Origin: Hemiscyllium ocellatum
Taxonomy: Eukaryota
Length of the DNA stretch: 64,000 bases
Direction: 5' to 3'
Assembly (NCBI RefSeq): GCF_020745735.1
Contig: NC_083408.1
Location: 10,478,484 to 10,542,483 of the forward strand
Shown here: positions 1-12,289 of the stretch, in pieces
Numbering within the stretch: the first letter of the stretch is position 1
Layout: each line of letters starts with the position of its first letter
Notes under the pieces: generated by a model
Told to the model about the DNA's origin: nothing
Database searches by the model: none
The model's input: only the letters and a program-made list of their open reading frames with translations
Translations under genes and position numbers: made by a program

Positions 1-589
1 ATCTTCATATCAATGGTCTTCTTGCCAAAGGGCACACCTCACACTGCTTGTCATTGATCCTCATCTTATACATATCTGAACACTTCATCAACTTGTCGCT
101 GTCCTATTGAAGTTCCACACTGTTCTACAGAAACCATGCAATTCTTCCAGGTTTGATGCCACCTGAAAGCATTGAGATTGTTATAAAGTTAAAGTCCAAA
201 CGGAACAACTGAAATTCTGCCACACTGACTAATGTGAGCAAGTGAAATACTGACATATTTCAACGGAGTGAGTCAAATAATGACATGCTATCAACTGAGT
301 AACAGAAATTTTGACACACTTTATAAGGAATAAATGAAATTTAGACAAACCACAGAGCAAGACAACTCCTGATAGGCCCTCGTTATCTTCATTGACATCA
401 CTATATTTGTGCATGTGTGCCAGTGTCTCTCTGTGGAGCAAGTCTGACGGTCTCTCTTGTTTAAAGTGATACAGTATCACCCTGTGCTGGCCTCCACTGC
501 ACAGGCATTGGCAGAGGGTGAAACCCAAAATTGTATCATTCAGAAAGTGACAGGTGGACGGCAGACACTCACAACACCTCCTAAACGGA

Positions 590-915
590 TTTGTCATCCT
601 GTACCGATCTAAATATCTTCTAAATCTTGTAACTGTACAGACTTCCACCACTTCCTCTGGAGGATCATTTCGCACACAAACCTTTCTCTGTCTAAACTAA
701 TTACCCTCATTCCTTGGTTAAATTTTTACTCCTCTAGCCTTCAAATATACCCCTGTTCTCGAATCCCCACCTTAGTTGAAAGAAACCTGTCATTCACCCT
801 TTCTGTGATCTGCATGATTTTATAAACTTCTGTAACGTCACCGCTCAATCTTCTACTCTCCAGTGAAAAAAGTCCCAGTCTATCAAGCATCTCTTTGTAA
901 CTCAATCCTTACCCA
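590..915 (-). mobile_element. CR1-type LINE 3' (RT C-terminal) fragment
   Basis: Reverse strand resembles the CR1 C-terminal region (LFSLE..RLRGDLIEVYKI-type), degenerate. Confidence 0.7.
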
Positions 916-1549
916 CCAGCATCGCATTCACTGCCCCACACCATCCACACCGTCAGGCTTCAGCCCACAGTCTGACCCTCACCGATAGTTGCAAACCCTC
1001 TCCTGGCCAGCCTCCCACATTCAACTTACATGTAATCTCAAGAATATCTCAAACTCTGCTCCCAAAGCGCTCAGTTGTACCAAAATTTGTTGATCCATCA
1101 AAAGGCTTCTATTTATGAGCAACAATTATAGCCCCGTTCCTCCTTCACTCTGATTGGTTGGAGGACAATCCGGCACTGTCCAGTCCACCAGTCCCGCGCT
1201 CTGCCTCCTATTGGTCTGCGCAGACACCAATAACCCAAGGCCCATTGTGGGCTGCAGCATGATCAGAGCTACCTGCTTTTGCTCCTGTTCATCAGGTATG
1301 AGAGAGAGAGGGCTCATCCCTGTTTCTCCTCATGTCAGACAATAGCAACAATTACATGCATTGTATGGAGCCTTACACACTGACAAATCTCCCAAAGTGC
1401 TTCACGAATGCTGGAAACATTGATTAAAGACAACGATTTTAAGAGACATCTTAATGGTGGACAGAGGGGGTGAGGGAGGGTATTCCAGAGGCATGTGCCC
1501 TCAGCAGCTCCAATAGTGGAGTGATGTAGGTGGGGAACAGCTTACAATG

Positions 1550-1950
1550 GAGACTATTAGTGGCTAACCAAAGGTTAACAACTCCATGTCCGAGGCCACT
1601 ACTCACACACCAGGCCTGCCATTACACACTACCTATGGTTATCCACTAACAGTCTCCATTAACAGCTAGTCACCCTCCCCTGCCAGATCGTTATACACTC
1701 CTTTATCCAACCATTCTTCTTGCTTTATTCCCACCTATACTTTTCTCCTTACATCTTCCCCACATCCGACGTTCTGTGTATAATGCATTTTTTTCCCTCG
1801 GTACCATCAGTTCTGAGGAAGGGTCACCGTTTCTGAAATGTTAACGTTGATTTCTCCTCCCAAATGCTGCTACACCTGCTGAGGTTTTCCGGAACCTCCT
1901 GGTTGTTGTTTCCGATTTACATCCGCAGTTCTTTTGGTTTTAATTTAACG
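1550..1950 (+). mobile_element. Penelope-like element 3' terminus (family B), decayed
   Basis: AGTTCTGAGGAAGGGTCACC...GAAATGTTAACG followed by the ATGCTGC..ACCTGCTGAG tail; alignable with 13700-14000. Confidence 0.65.
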
Positions 1951-2323
1951 GGAGTTTGTAATTCTGGTCCAGCAGCCCCTGCTGTCTCATCCAAACCCTT
2001 CACACTCACTGAGTCCTCCCACACAGTGACACTGCACCTGCACAGCTGCCTGGTGATATATCGTCTTGCTGGCCACACCCCTCATTCTCCTCACAGATCA
2101 CACAGACTCTTTTCCAATGAGTCTGGAGCCACCGTCAAACAGCCAGGTCCATGGTGATTAGAGTGGTGGTATCCTCCCTTTCTCTGCCCTGGCATGAGCT
2201 TCAACATTCACAGTGAATGGGGCTGTTTCACAGAATACAGGGGATGGAGGGTATTCAGCCCTTTGGGGGCTGTAGTCTCTCCCTCTGGAGATGCTGCAAA
2301 TCTGTCTCAATTCTCCTCCCATT

Positions 2324-3624
2324 TACCAACACCTTCCACCCCGACCTCAAATTCACCTGGACCGTCTCAGACTCCTCCCTCCCCTTCCTAGACCTTTCCA
2401 CTTCTATCTCGGGCGACCGAATCAACACAGACATCTACTATAAACCGACTGACGCCCACAGCTACCTAGACTACACCTGCTCCCATCCTGCCCCATGTAA
2501 AAACGCCATCCCATATTCCCAATTCCTCCGTCTCCGCCGCATCGGCTCCCAGGAGGACCAGTTCCAATACCATACAGCCCAAATGGTCTCTTTCTTCAAA
2601 GACTGGAGATTCCCCCCAGACGTGATCGACGATGTCCTCCACCGCATCTCCTCCACTTCCCGCTACTCCGCCCTTGAGCCTTGCCCCTCCAACTGCCACA
2701 AGGACAGAACCCCACTGTCTCTCACCTACCACCCCACCAACCTCCGTATACAGCGTATCATCCACCGTCATTTCCGCCACCTCCAAACGGACCCCACGAC
2801 CAGGGATATATTTCCCTCCCCTCCCCTATCAGCATTCCGCAAAGACCACTCCCTCTGAGACTCCCTCGTCAGGTAGACACCACCCACCAACCCAACCTTC
2901 ACCCCCAGCACCTGCCCCTGCAACCGCAAGAAATGCAATACTTGCGCCCACACCTCCTCCCTTACCTCTCTCCAAGGCCCCAAGGAATCCTTCCATATCA
3001 GCCACAAATTCACCTGCACCTCCATACACATCATCTATTGCATCCGCTGCACCCATTCTGACTTCCTCTATATTGGGGAGACGGGCCACCTACTTGCGGA
3101 ACGCTTCAGGGAACACCTCTGGGACGCCTGAACCAACCAACCCAACCACCCCGTGGCTCAACACTTTAACTCCCCCTCCCACTCCACCAAGGACATACAG
3201 GCCCTTGGACTCCTCCATCGCCAGAACATAATAACACGACGGTTGGAGGAAGAGCCCCTCATCTTCCGCTTGGGAACCCTTCAACAACAAGGATGAACTC
3301 AGATTTCTCCGGTTTCCTCATTTCCCCTTCCCCCAGCTTGTCTCAGTCGATTCCCTCGAGCTCAGCACCGCCCTCCTAACCTGCAATCTTCTTCGTGACC
3401 TCTCCGCCCCCACCAGACTCCGGCCTATCACCCTCACCTTGACCTCCTTCCGCCTATCGCATCTCCATCGCCCCTCCCCCAAGTCCCTCCTCCCTACCTT
3501 TTATGTTAGCCTGCTGGACACACTTTCCTCATTCCTGATGAAGGGCTTATGCCTGAAACGTCGAATTTCCTGTTCCTTGGATGCTGCCTGACCTGCTGCG
3601 CTTTAACCAGCAACACATTTTCAG
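2324..3624 (+). mobile_element. 5'-truncated Penelope-like retroelement (RT C-terminus + GIY-YIG endonuclease), family A
   Basis: FTNTFHPDLKFTW..LPFLDL..TDIYYKPTDAHSYLDY..HP..CKNAIPYSQFLRLRRI (ORF 2217-2858), then FTCTS..IIYCIRC..LYIGETG..LAERFREH. Flanked by direct repeat CTCCTCCCATT at 2313-2323 and 3625-3635. Confidence 0.9.
3531..3566 (+). ncRNA. Minimal type I hammerhead ribozyme in Penelope-like 3' end
   Basis: ATTC-CTGATGA-A-GGGC(TTAT)GCCT-GAAAC-GTC-GAAT: core CUGAUGA/GAAA, stem I ATTC/GAAT, stem II with one GU pair, GUC cleavage triplet. Confidence 0.75.
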
Positions 3625-3831
3625 CTCCTCCCATTAGTCCCCCAAATCTTTCCTTAAAAAGTAAAATTCTAAATATGTTTGAGAATAACTGCTGAATCTG
3701 TGTCCAGCTGCCGTTCAGACTATTCCAGATGCTCAGAACGTACTGAGTAAAATACTGTTCACATTTTCACCTTGCATCATTTGCCAATTATTTGTAAGCA
3801 GTAACTAAAAATTTTGACAGTGTTAACAATT

Positions 3832-3922
3832 CCTCTGTCTCTCTCTCTCTCTCTCTCTCCCTCTCTCTCTCTCTCTCTTTCTCCCTCTGTGTCTCTCTGT
3901 CTCTCTGTCTCTCTCTCTCTCT
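3832..3922. repeat. (TC)n/(TCTG) microsatellite
   Basis: Direct observation. Confidence 0.95.
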
Positions 3923-4059
3923 GCAAATGCAATGCCTTGGAACTAAATCTGCACCTGGTCGAAAGCACTCTTTCACCTTCTCAGTTACAAGGACAATTAT
4001 CTGTGCTTCTGCTAGCTCTCCACTAAAGAGGAACGCATAGTAAGTTATTAATGTCAAAG

Positions 4060-6300
4060 AGATTTACAGCACAGAAACAGACGTTCAGTCCAATCCGTCC
4101 ATGCTAACTAGCAATACTAAATAAATGGAGTCCCATTTATCAGCTATTGACCTGTATCCATCGAAATCCTTCCTATTCACGTACCCAATCGGATGTCTTT
4201 TAAATATTGTCATTTTATCAGCTTCCACAACTTCACCTGGGGGCTCATTCCATCCACAATCTACGCCCAGCTTGACAACGTTGCCCCTTAAATGCCTTTT
4301 AAATGTTTGCCCTCTCAACTTAATCCTACGTGATCTTGTTTTGGACCCACCTAACCTGAGGGAAAAAAGATCTGACTGTTGACCTTATCCACGCCCCTCG
4401 TGATTTTATAAATCTCCATAAGGTCACCCCTCAGTCTTTGACTCTCCAGGGAAAATAGCCCCAGCACATTCAGCCTATTCCTGTCGTCCAAACCCTCCAA
4501 TCTTGGCAACATTTTTGTAAATCTTATACAAACCTTTTCACGTTTCACAACATCCTTCCCAGAACGGGAAAATTCAAACTGAAAACAGAATTCCAGAAGT
4601 GGCTCAATCAATGTCCTGTCCAGCCACAATATGACGTCCCAGCTTCTGTATCCAATGCATTGACCAATAACAGAGAGCGTTAATGGAGTCTCATTTAACC
4701 CTTATCCCTCTAAATCCTTCCTCTTCATGTACCCAATCGGATGCCCTTGAAGTGTTGTAATTGTAATAGCCTGCACCCCTTCATCTGGCAGTTCATTCCA
4801 TACATGCACTGCCCTCAACACGAAAAAGATGCCCCTTAGATCCCTTTTAAATCTTTTCCATCTCACCTTTAGCCTGTACCCACCGAACGTGGGAAAAAAA
4901 TCCCTGACAGTTCACACTTTTCATGCCCTTCATGATGTTATAAAACTTTATAAGATCACCACTCAGTCTTTAACTCTGCAGCGAAAATAGTCCCAGCCTA
5001 TTCAGCCTTTCCCAATAGCTCAAACTGCGGGAACTGAAAACAGAATTCCAGAAGAGCCTTAATCAACGTCCTGTACAACCACAACATGACATCACAACAT
5101 CTGTATTCAATACGTTGACCAGTGTATCAAACACTGCATTCACTCCCTTGCCTACCTGTGACTCTACTTTCAAGGAACTATGAACCTGCACTCCAACGTC
5201 TCTTTGTTCAGCATCGCTCCCCAAGACCTTACCACTAAGTGTATAAGTCATGCCCTGATTTGCCTTTCCAAAGCAGAACATCTCACATTTACCTAAATTC
5301 AACTCCATCTGCTAATTCTTGCTCCAATGGTCCATAAGATCATGATCCTGTTGTATTCTAAACTAACCTTCTTCACTGTCCACTACACCTCCAATTTTGG
5401 TGTTTTCTGAAAACCCATTGACCATACCTCATCTATTCACATCCACATCTTTTATTTAAGGACCCAACATCCATCCTTGTCGCACACTGCTGCTCACAGG
5501 CGGCCAGTCTGCAAAGCAACACTCCATCACCACCCTCTGCCTCCGACCTTCAAGACAGTTTTGCATCCAAATGGCTTGTTCTCCCAGCATTCCATGTTAT
5601 CTAACCTTGCTAACCAGACTCCTTTGTGGAAACTTGTGCCCATATAGACACCGTGGTCAGACTGGCTTCATCAATATTCTTTGCCACGTCAAAACACTCA
5701 GTCAAGTTAGTGAAACACGACTGTGAACGTACAACGCCACATTGACCCTCCCTAATCATTCCTTATCTTTCCAAATGGATGGATATCCTGTCCCTCATAA
5801 TCCCTTCCAACAACTTGCCTGCCACTGACTTCAGGCTCACTGTTCTCTTGTTCCTTAACACCTATTTTTAAAATAATGGCACCTCACCTGTCGCTATCAA
5901 CGATACATATATCTCAGGAGAGGCCCACCAATCACTTTCCTAGATTTACAGAAATTTTCAGGAAACACCTGATCAGGTCCCAGGGCTTTATCCACCATGA
6001 TGCGATTTAAGACTTCCAGTACCACCTCCTCTGTAACATAGACACTTTTCAAATTTCTCCAAACTCTCGAGCTTCCATATCCTTCTCCAGTAAAAAATGA
6101 TGTCAAATATTTGCATATCTTTCCCACCCTCTATGGTTCCATAGACAGTCTTGTTGATCGTTAAGTGGGTATTATCTGGTCTAGTTTATCTTTTGTCTGT
6201 GATATATGTGTTTAATCTCTTTGGATTCTACGTGAACCATTTCCTGAAGCTATTTCATGTCCCCTTTTTTGCTCTCCTGATTTCCCTCGAGTATACCCCT
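4060..6300 (-). mobile_element. Cluster of decayed CR1-type LINE fragments
   Basis: ORF 4351-4629 (RFTKMLPRLEGL..RLNVLGLFSLESQRLRGDLMEIYKI) and ORF 5063-5308 (MELNLGKCE..GVQVHSSLKV) are CR1 RT C-terminal motifs; several overlapping 3' ends. Confidence 0.85.
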
Positions 6301-6339
6301 TTAAAAAATTGATCATTTTCTCATGATTCCTCTTTCTCA

Positions 6340-6790
6340 GCCGCATCTGCTCCCAGGAGAAGCAATTCCATTCCAGGACATCCCAGAGCGGCTAAATTCA
6401 AGGATCGTAATTTTCGTCCGACCTTGTCAACAATGCCCTTCCAACACATACTCTCCACTTCCCGCATCTCCGCCTTTACCCCACACCTCCAGCTACAATA
6501 AAGAATATAACCCTGCGGCCTTCGCCTTCCCCTCCACTAATGTCCAGATACAGGACATTAACCTCTGTTATTTCTGGTACCTAAAGTCAGATCCCACGAC
6601 CAGAGACATATTTCCCTCCCCACCCCATCTGCATTCCGCAGAGATTCCGTAGAAACACCCTCCCACCAAACCCCCCTTCACACCCTTGACCCTCCCTTGC
6701 CACCATGGGAGACGTAAAACGTGCGGCCACACCTCGCTCTAACCACTGTCCAAGACCCCAAAAGGATCTTTTCACATCAGGCAGAGATTT
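6340..6790 (+). mobile_element. Penelope-like internal fragment
   Basis: SDPTTRDIFPSPP..SA motif shared with the element at 2324-3624. Confidence 0.75.
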
Positions 6791-6829
6791 GCCTGCACAT
6801 CCCAAAACCTCATAAACTGCATCTGGACA

Positions 6830-7020
6830 CTATGGGAAATTTAACATGGTTCATCCAACTAACTACACATCTTTGGACTGCGGGAGGAAACTTGAACACC
6901 CGGAAGAAACCATCACAGACACTGGGGAAAATGTGACAACTCCAATACAGACTGTCGTCTGAGGCTGGAATCAAACCCTAGTCTGTGGTGCTGAGGCAGC
7001 AGCGCTAACCACTGAGCCAC
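6830..7020 (-). mobile_element. HE1-like tRNA-derived SINE
   Basis: Reverse strand GTGGCTCAGTGGTTAGCGCTGCTGCCTCAG..GGGTTTGATTCCAGCC..GTCTGTATTGGAGTTG. Confidence 0.8.
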
Positions 7021-7094
7021 AATACTGTGGGATCTTTGGTGCTGATGTGCTGCCTCACTAATGCCTCAGTCACTTACCTTGCCTCGCTTCCTAA

Positions 7095-7415
7095 AAGGCA
7101 GTGATGACGGAGTGAAATTATCGCTAGATAGTTAATCCAGAGACCCAGATAATGTTCTGGTGACCCGGGTTTGAATCTCATCACGGCAGATAGTGGAATG
7201 TGAATTCAATAAATATCTGGAAAAAATAATCTAGTGACGACAATGAATCCATTGTCAATTGTTGGAAAACCCATCTAGTTCACTAAAGTGCCTTACCTGG
7301 TCTGGCTTGCATGTGACTCCAAACCTATAGCAACGTGGTTGATCTTAACTGCCTTCTGGGTAAACGCAGCAACAAATGCTGGCCGAGCCAGTGACAGACT
7401 CATCCTTTGAATAAA
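7095..7415 (+). mobile_element. DeuSINE (SacSINE1-like) SINE
   Basis: tRNA-like head followed by CCATTGTCAATTGTTGGAAAACCCATCTAGTTCACTAA..CCTTACCTGGTCTGGC..TGTGACTCCA..AGCAACGTGGTTGA, matching the Deu-domain consensus as recalled. Confidence 0.7.
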
Positions 7416-7419
7416 TAAA

Positions 7420-7900
7420 GAAAACAGGTCAAGTTTTGTTCCTTCTCTAGTAGGTGCATCCTACAAACTGAATGAGAAATGTTCTCCTACACACTGAACA
7501 AATACCTTTCCAATCAAGCCCTTAATACTCCAGCACTCCGAGGCCATGTTGATAAAGTTAAAACCACTTATGATTGCAACCATATGATTTTTACAGATAA
7601 CTGAAGTTTCCTGGTAAAATTGTGTCTCAATTACATGCTGACTATTGGGAGAGGGTCTACAATACAATCCCAATAAGATGATCATCCCTTTCTTATTTCT
7701 CATTACCACCCAAGAAACTTGTCTGGATGTACTCCCAAGAATATCCTCTAGAAGCCCAGCTCTAACGTTATCCCTAATCAAAGATGCCACTCCCCCGTTC
7801 TGTTACCCCTTTTCTATCCTTGCTATAGCATCTATACCTTGGAACATTAAGATGCTAGTACTATTCATCCCTGAGTGATGCCTCTGTAATTACTATAATA
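7420..7900 (-). mobile_element. CR1 endonuclease-region fragment
   Basis: ORF 7461-7790: LIRDNVRAGLLEDIL..WVVMRNKKGMIILLGLYCRPSPNS..GFNFIN. Confidence 0.85.
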
Positions 7901-8009
7901 TCGCATGGACATTTAAAAAAAAATACATTGCTAAAATGGGAGGCAATGACCAAATTGTATTCTTGCTAAATGAGTAATATGAGCAATGTTCCGAGGATTA
8001 GGGTTAGAT

Positions 8010-8240
8010 GGTGGCATCATGGCTGATGGTTGCATCTGAATTCAATAAAATCTAGAATGAAAAGGCTAATTATGACCGTGAAACTATTGTCGATTGTTAG
8101 AAAAAAAAACTTGGTTCACTAATGTGGAAGGAAACTCATCCTTACCTGGTCTGGCCAACATGAGACTCCAGACCCATAGCAATGTGGTAAACTCTCAACT
8201 GCCCTCAGAGTAAAGACTGACATTCACTGAGCAAATAAAC
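8010..8240 (+). mobile_element. DeuSINE partial copy
   Basis: TATTGTCGATTG..TGGTTCACTAATG..CCTTACCTGGTCTGGCC..GACTCCAGACCCATAGCAATGTGG. Confidence 0.65.
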
Positions 8241-8319
8241 AAAAACAGATTTATACTTAAATCGCAGACGAGAGATTTTTGAAAAAAAACAAAGCTGTGT
8301 TTTCAAACTTAAAAGAAGG

Positions 8320-10060
8320 ATCACCTTGGTCGGATGGCACTGGAGACTCTGCAATAATCAGGGACAACATACGGAACAAATATACAGAGAGATCTCAGAT
8401 ATAAAGTCACAACAATAAAGTTGTAATAGTAAGTGATTTACGTTTGCAAACATTGACTGGGACTACGATAGTGTGAAAGGTTTGGTTGGTAAAGAATGTG
8501 TTAAATTATTTCAAGAAATGTTCTTTATCAATTTGTAAATGTTCCTATCAGAAAGCAAGCAACGTCTGACCTTTTCTTGGCTCATCAGTCAGGGCAAGTG
8601 ACTGAAGTGATAGGATGGGAACAGTTTGGGTGGGAGGAAATTGCGGACACCATGGAGAAGTATTTATACAATCGATAACGACGGGTATGGTTCCTGAGGA
8701 CTGGAAACTGGATAATGTACCTTTGTTTGTGCAGGGATATAAGGCGAAGCTGAGGAATTGTAGACCTCTCGAGTTTGACTTCAGTGGTAGGTAAGCTGTT
8801 GGAGGTGATTCTGAAGGATAGGATTTACATGTATTTGGAGAGTTAAGGAATGATCAGGGACAGTCAAAATAGTTATGTAAGACGGTGTCTCACATACATG
8901 ATTTGAAAATTTTTAAGGTAGTAACCAAGAAGATCAATGATGGCAGAGCAGTAGACATTGTTTATTTTGAAATTTAAAAAGCCTTTGACAAGGTTCTGCA
9001 TGGGAGACTATTTTGTAAAGGTCGATCACATGGGAATCAGGAAGAACTTGCCAACTTGATACCAAATTTGCTTAACAGTAGGAGACAGAGTAATAGTGGA
9101 GCCGCGTGCCCAGCAGTGTTCACCAGGAATCAGTCCTTTTTTTTACCACGCGTTTAGATGATTTGGATAAGAATATACAAAGTATAGTTTGCTTGTGGCT
9201 GACATCAAAAACTGTTAAAGTGCACTGTAACAAAAGCGTATCTACAAAAACAGAGGGATCTAAAAAAACAATGGCTGAAATGTGGCAGATGGAGTTTAAT
9301 TTGAATAAATGTAAAATATTATATTTTGATAAAGCAAACATCTCCTTTAGCCTCATTAATTAAAAGTAAGGCCTTGAGCAGTGGTATGGAACAAAGTGAC
9401 CTACCGTTCAGGTCTTTGCAGTTTGTGTCACATGTAGACAGGTTTGTTAAGTAGGTGTTTAGCACACTTACCATCATTGCTCAGACCTTTGTATATAGGG
9501 GTTGGGATACTGTCATGAAGTTACACACGATGTTTGTGAGGCCTCTTCACTTTGTCCAGTTTTGGTCCCCCTGTTATAGGAAGGATGTTAGTAAATTTGA
9601 GAAGGTTCAGAAGATATTTCCTCGGATTTTGCCATAAATCGAGGGATGGTGTTAGCAGGAGAGATTGGATATGCTGGCATTTCTTTCACTGGAGCTCAGG
9701 AGGTTGAGGGGCGACTTAATTAGACGTTTATAGAATCACGGAGTGTGCAGGTACGATGAATGGCTGCATGGGAGGGGGATCCAAAACACGGGTACATACA
9801 TTTTTTGAAGACATGGCAAAGATTTTAAAAAGACATGAGTTTTGTTTTACTTTTGCGCTTGTAGAGTGAACATCCACAGGAAGTGGTAGCTGTGAATACA
9901 ATTACAATATTTAAAAAAAATATATTTGTATAAGTAAATAGGCAATATTTGGAGGGATATGGGCCAAGCAGAGGCAAGTGAGATTAGTTCAGGTGGAATT
10001 ATAGTCGACATGGAGTGGTTAGACCACAGAGTCTGTTTCCATGCTGTCCAACTTTGAGAC
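8320..10060 (+). mobile_element. Internally deleted CR1-type LINE (endonuclease end, RT, 3' tail)
   Basis: GDFNF..DW-like region (8430-8460), KAFDKV (about 8980), PSSVHQESVL, WQMEFNLNKC, QFWSPCYRKDV motifs with many stops. Confidence 0.85.
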
Positions 10061-10639
10061 TCTAACTCGAGGTGTCTCCGTGCTCACAACTCTCCTGATC
10101 ACTCTCACCTCATGCAGCTTTACAACTCTTCCTTATCCCTAATTCCTCTCCAGCCTCAGAACCCTCACTATCTCTGTTATCACAAGCATCTCTGGAACAT
10201 CCTCCAATCTCACAATCGTTCCTATGTCTGAAATATTGAGCCGCACAGATTTCTAAGCTAAGTGCCTTTCTGCAATTCCAGCCATGAGGATAGCCCATTT
10301 TGAGCTCAGATTCTTGCTCCCTGAGCTCCAGAATTTCCTACCAAATCTCTCTGCTCCCCTTCCTCCCTAAAACATTAACCAATCATGTATCATCTATTCT
10401 AATATCAAAAGGTATTATATCATTACACCAGGTACGTGCTCTTGATGACCAATATGGATAAGAAGGGGGCATTGTGTTTAACAGTATAATACCAGAGACT
10501 CTGACCCCATTATATTCCGTGATCCCCTCTTTTCGAAGAAGACAGGAATAGGAAGCAGTGGAAAATGTAAGTGATACATGGTCTTCATAGTGAGAGGATT
10601 TCACCACCACTGGCTGTTTACCCTCCAGCTCCACAATGT

Positions 10640-11175
10640 CCTATCGCCTATCCATGCTATTGCCGATGCTGGCCCCATGGGGGTAACATACCATCCTGGA
10701 TTAATGTCTATGGTCACAGAAGTGCCTGTCTGTACTCATGACTATTGAATCCCCTGTCACTGTCTTTCCTCCCATTCTGTGCAGTAGAGCTATCTGTGGC
10801 GTCATGAACCTGTCTGTTGCTGATTTCGCTGCGAGGCCACCCCACCCATTCTCGCCCCTTCAGAATCCCAAGCGGTCTATCTGGTTGAGAAGAGGATAAC
10901 CACTTCAGACTCCTGCATTTTCTTCCTGAGCCTTTGACTTGATCTGATGGTCATCCATTGCCTTTCTTTACTTACTGAGCGTGCTGGCCATTACCCTCTC
11001 AGTATTGCAGAGGCTCCACATTGAGTCCATTCACAGCTCCAGATCTGAAAAGCAGTTACCCAGTAGCTGCAGATGGGGACACTTCCTGCACACATAACCG
11101 TCAGGGACACTGGAAGTGTCCCTTATTTCCCACATTGTACAAGAGGAGCACGCTTCGGGTCTGAGGTCTCCTGTC
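10640..11175 (-). mobile_element. CR1 ORF1 (esterase-like) fragment
   Basis: Reverse strand resembles the GDSIV.GTDR.FC..MVC.LP segment of CR1 ORF1. Confidence 0.55.
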
Positions 11176-11964
11176 ACAACATCTCTCTACATGCAGCTAG
11201 TTACTCCCATTAAGATAATTTCAATGAGTTGGCAACCTTCCTTCACTTCAAACATTTCCATTATAATATAAAGCCCCAATCTTTACTTCAGCTGACATGG
11301 TATACTTTAAAAGCTGTTAAAAATATTCTGCGGATATCACTTACAAATTGTCTGTTGCAATTGGGACCATGTGAATGTCTGAATAGCATGAACTAAAACT
11401 GAGTTTCAGCTTCACCTTCTCCATGTCTCCCCTCGCTCTGTTTACTCCCAACTCCAAAACACTCTCATTGAGCCAAGCAACACTCATAGTGCAGCCCTGT
11501 CATTTTCATTGTCTGCTCACACCTACACTGCCCTCAGCCTCCTGTACTGTTCCAATGCATCTCAATGGGAGCACACGAACAGCATCTGATCTTTCAGTTC
11601 AGCCCTTTGTAACCCCAGAGTCAAAATGGACCTCAGCAGTTTCTGGATGAGTGGACAGATATCAGAATCTGGAACATTCCACCTGAAAAATTACTGGAAT
11701 TCCAGTCGATAATGAATTGCAATGTATAGTATGAAGGAAATTGAAAGTAACGAGTTTACAGGTTAGCATCACGAAGTAGTTGATTAGGGACTAAACCTGA
11801 CAGATCCTGCAAAGAGAGGAGGTGTAATTTGGATAAAACTGTGCTCCCTCTAACGCCAATATCTCCTTCTTCAGCTGCAGGGCCCAGAACAGAGCACATA
11901 CCCCAAGGGTGATTCTACCACAAATTTGTCCATCTCTCTGATCTTTGCTTGAGAAAAATTTTGG

Positions 11965-12050
11965 AGATATTTTCCCACAGACAGAACAGACAAACCTTTC
12001 TCTTTTCACAGTTAGATGCCAATGATATTCAAGCCCAGATGACTCTGCTG
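11965..12050 (-). pseudogene. Possible remnant of a C2H2 zinc-finger gene exon start
   Basis: Reverse strand TGAATATCATTGGCATCTAACTGTGAAAAGAGAAAGGTTTGTCTGTTCTGTCTGTGGGAAAA reads ERFVCSVCGK, a CxxC finger start, with no completed finger. Confidence 0.35.
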
Positions 12051-12289
12051 ACTGGAAAAACTTGTTTTTGAGGTACCAGTCTCAATTAATATCCCATAAA
12101 ATGAATACACACATCAAAACTCACAGTCAGTGCAGGAAGAATAGTAAAGACAAATATTTATCCTGCAGACAACCTACACATCTCTGAACACTCTGGGCAA
12201 TTTAGCTCCCATTGCAATGGGAAAGGAGATACGGGTTAAAGAGTGAATAATAGGTGAGGACAGAGCCCAATTGGACACTTGGAAAGGAA

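Noticed and set aside
1118-1157. MHC-type X-Y box promoter (AGCAAC..32 nt..CTGATTGG)
   Set aside because: No X2/CRE or S box, weak X1 match, and no MHC exons downstream.
1809-1846. Hammerhead-like motif
   Set aside because: Stem II is broken and stem III is altered (GAAATGTT); likely inactive.
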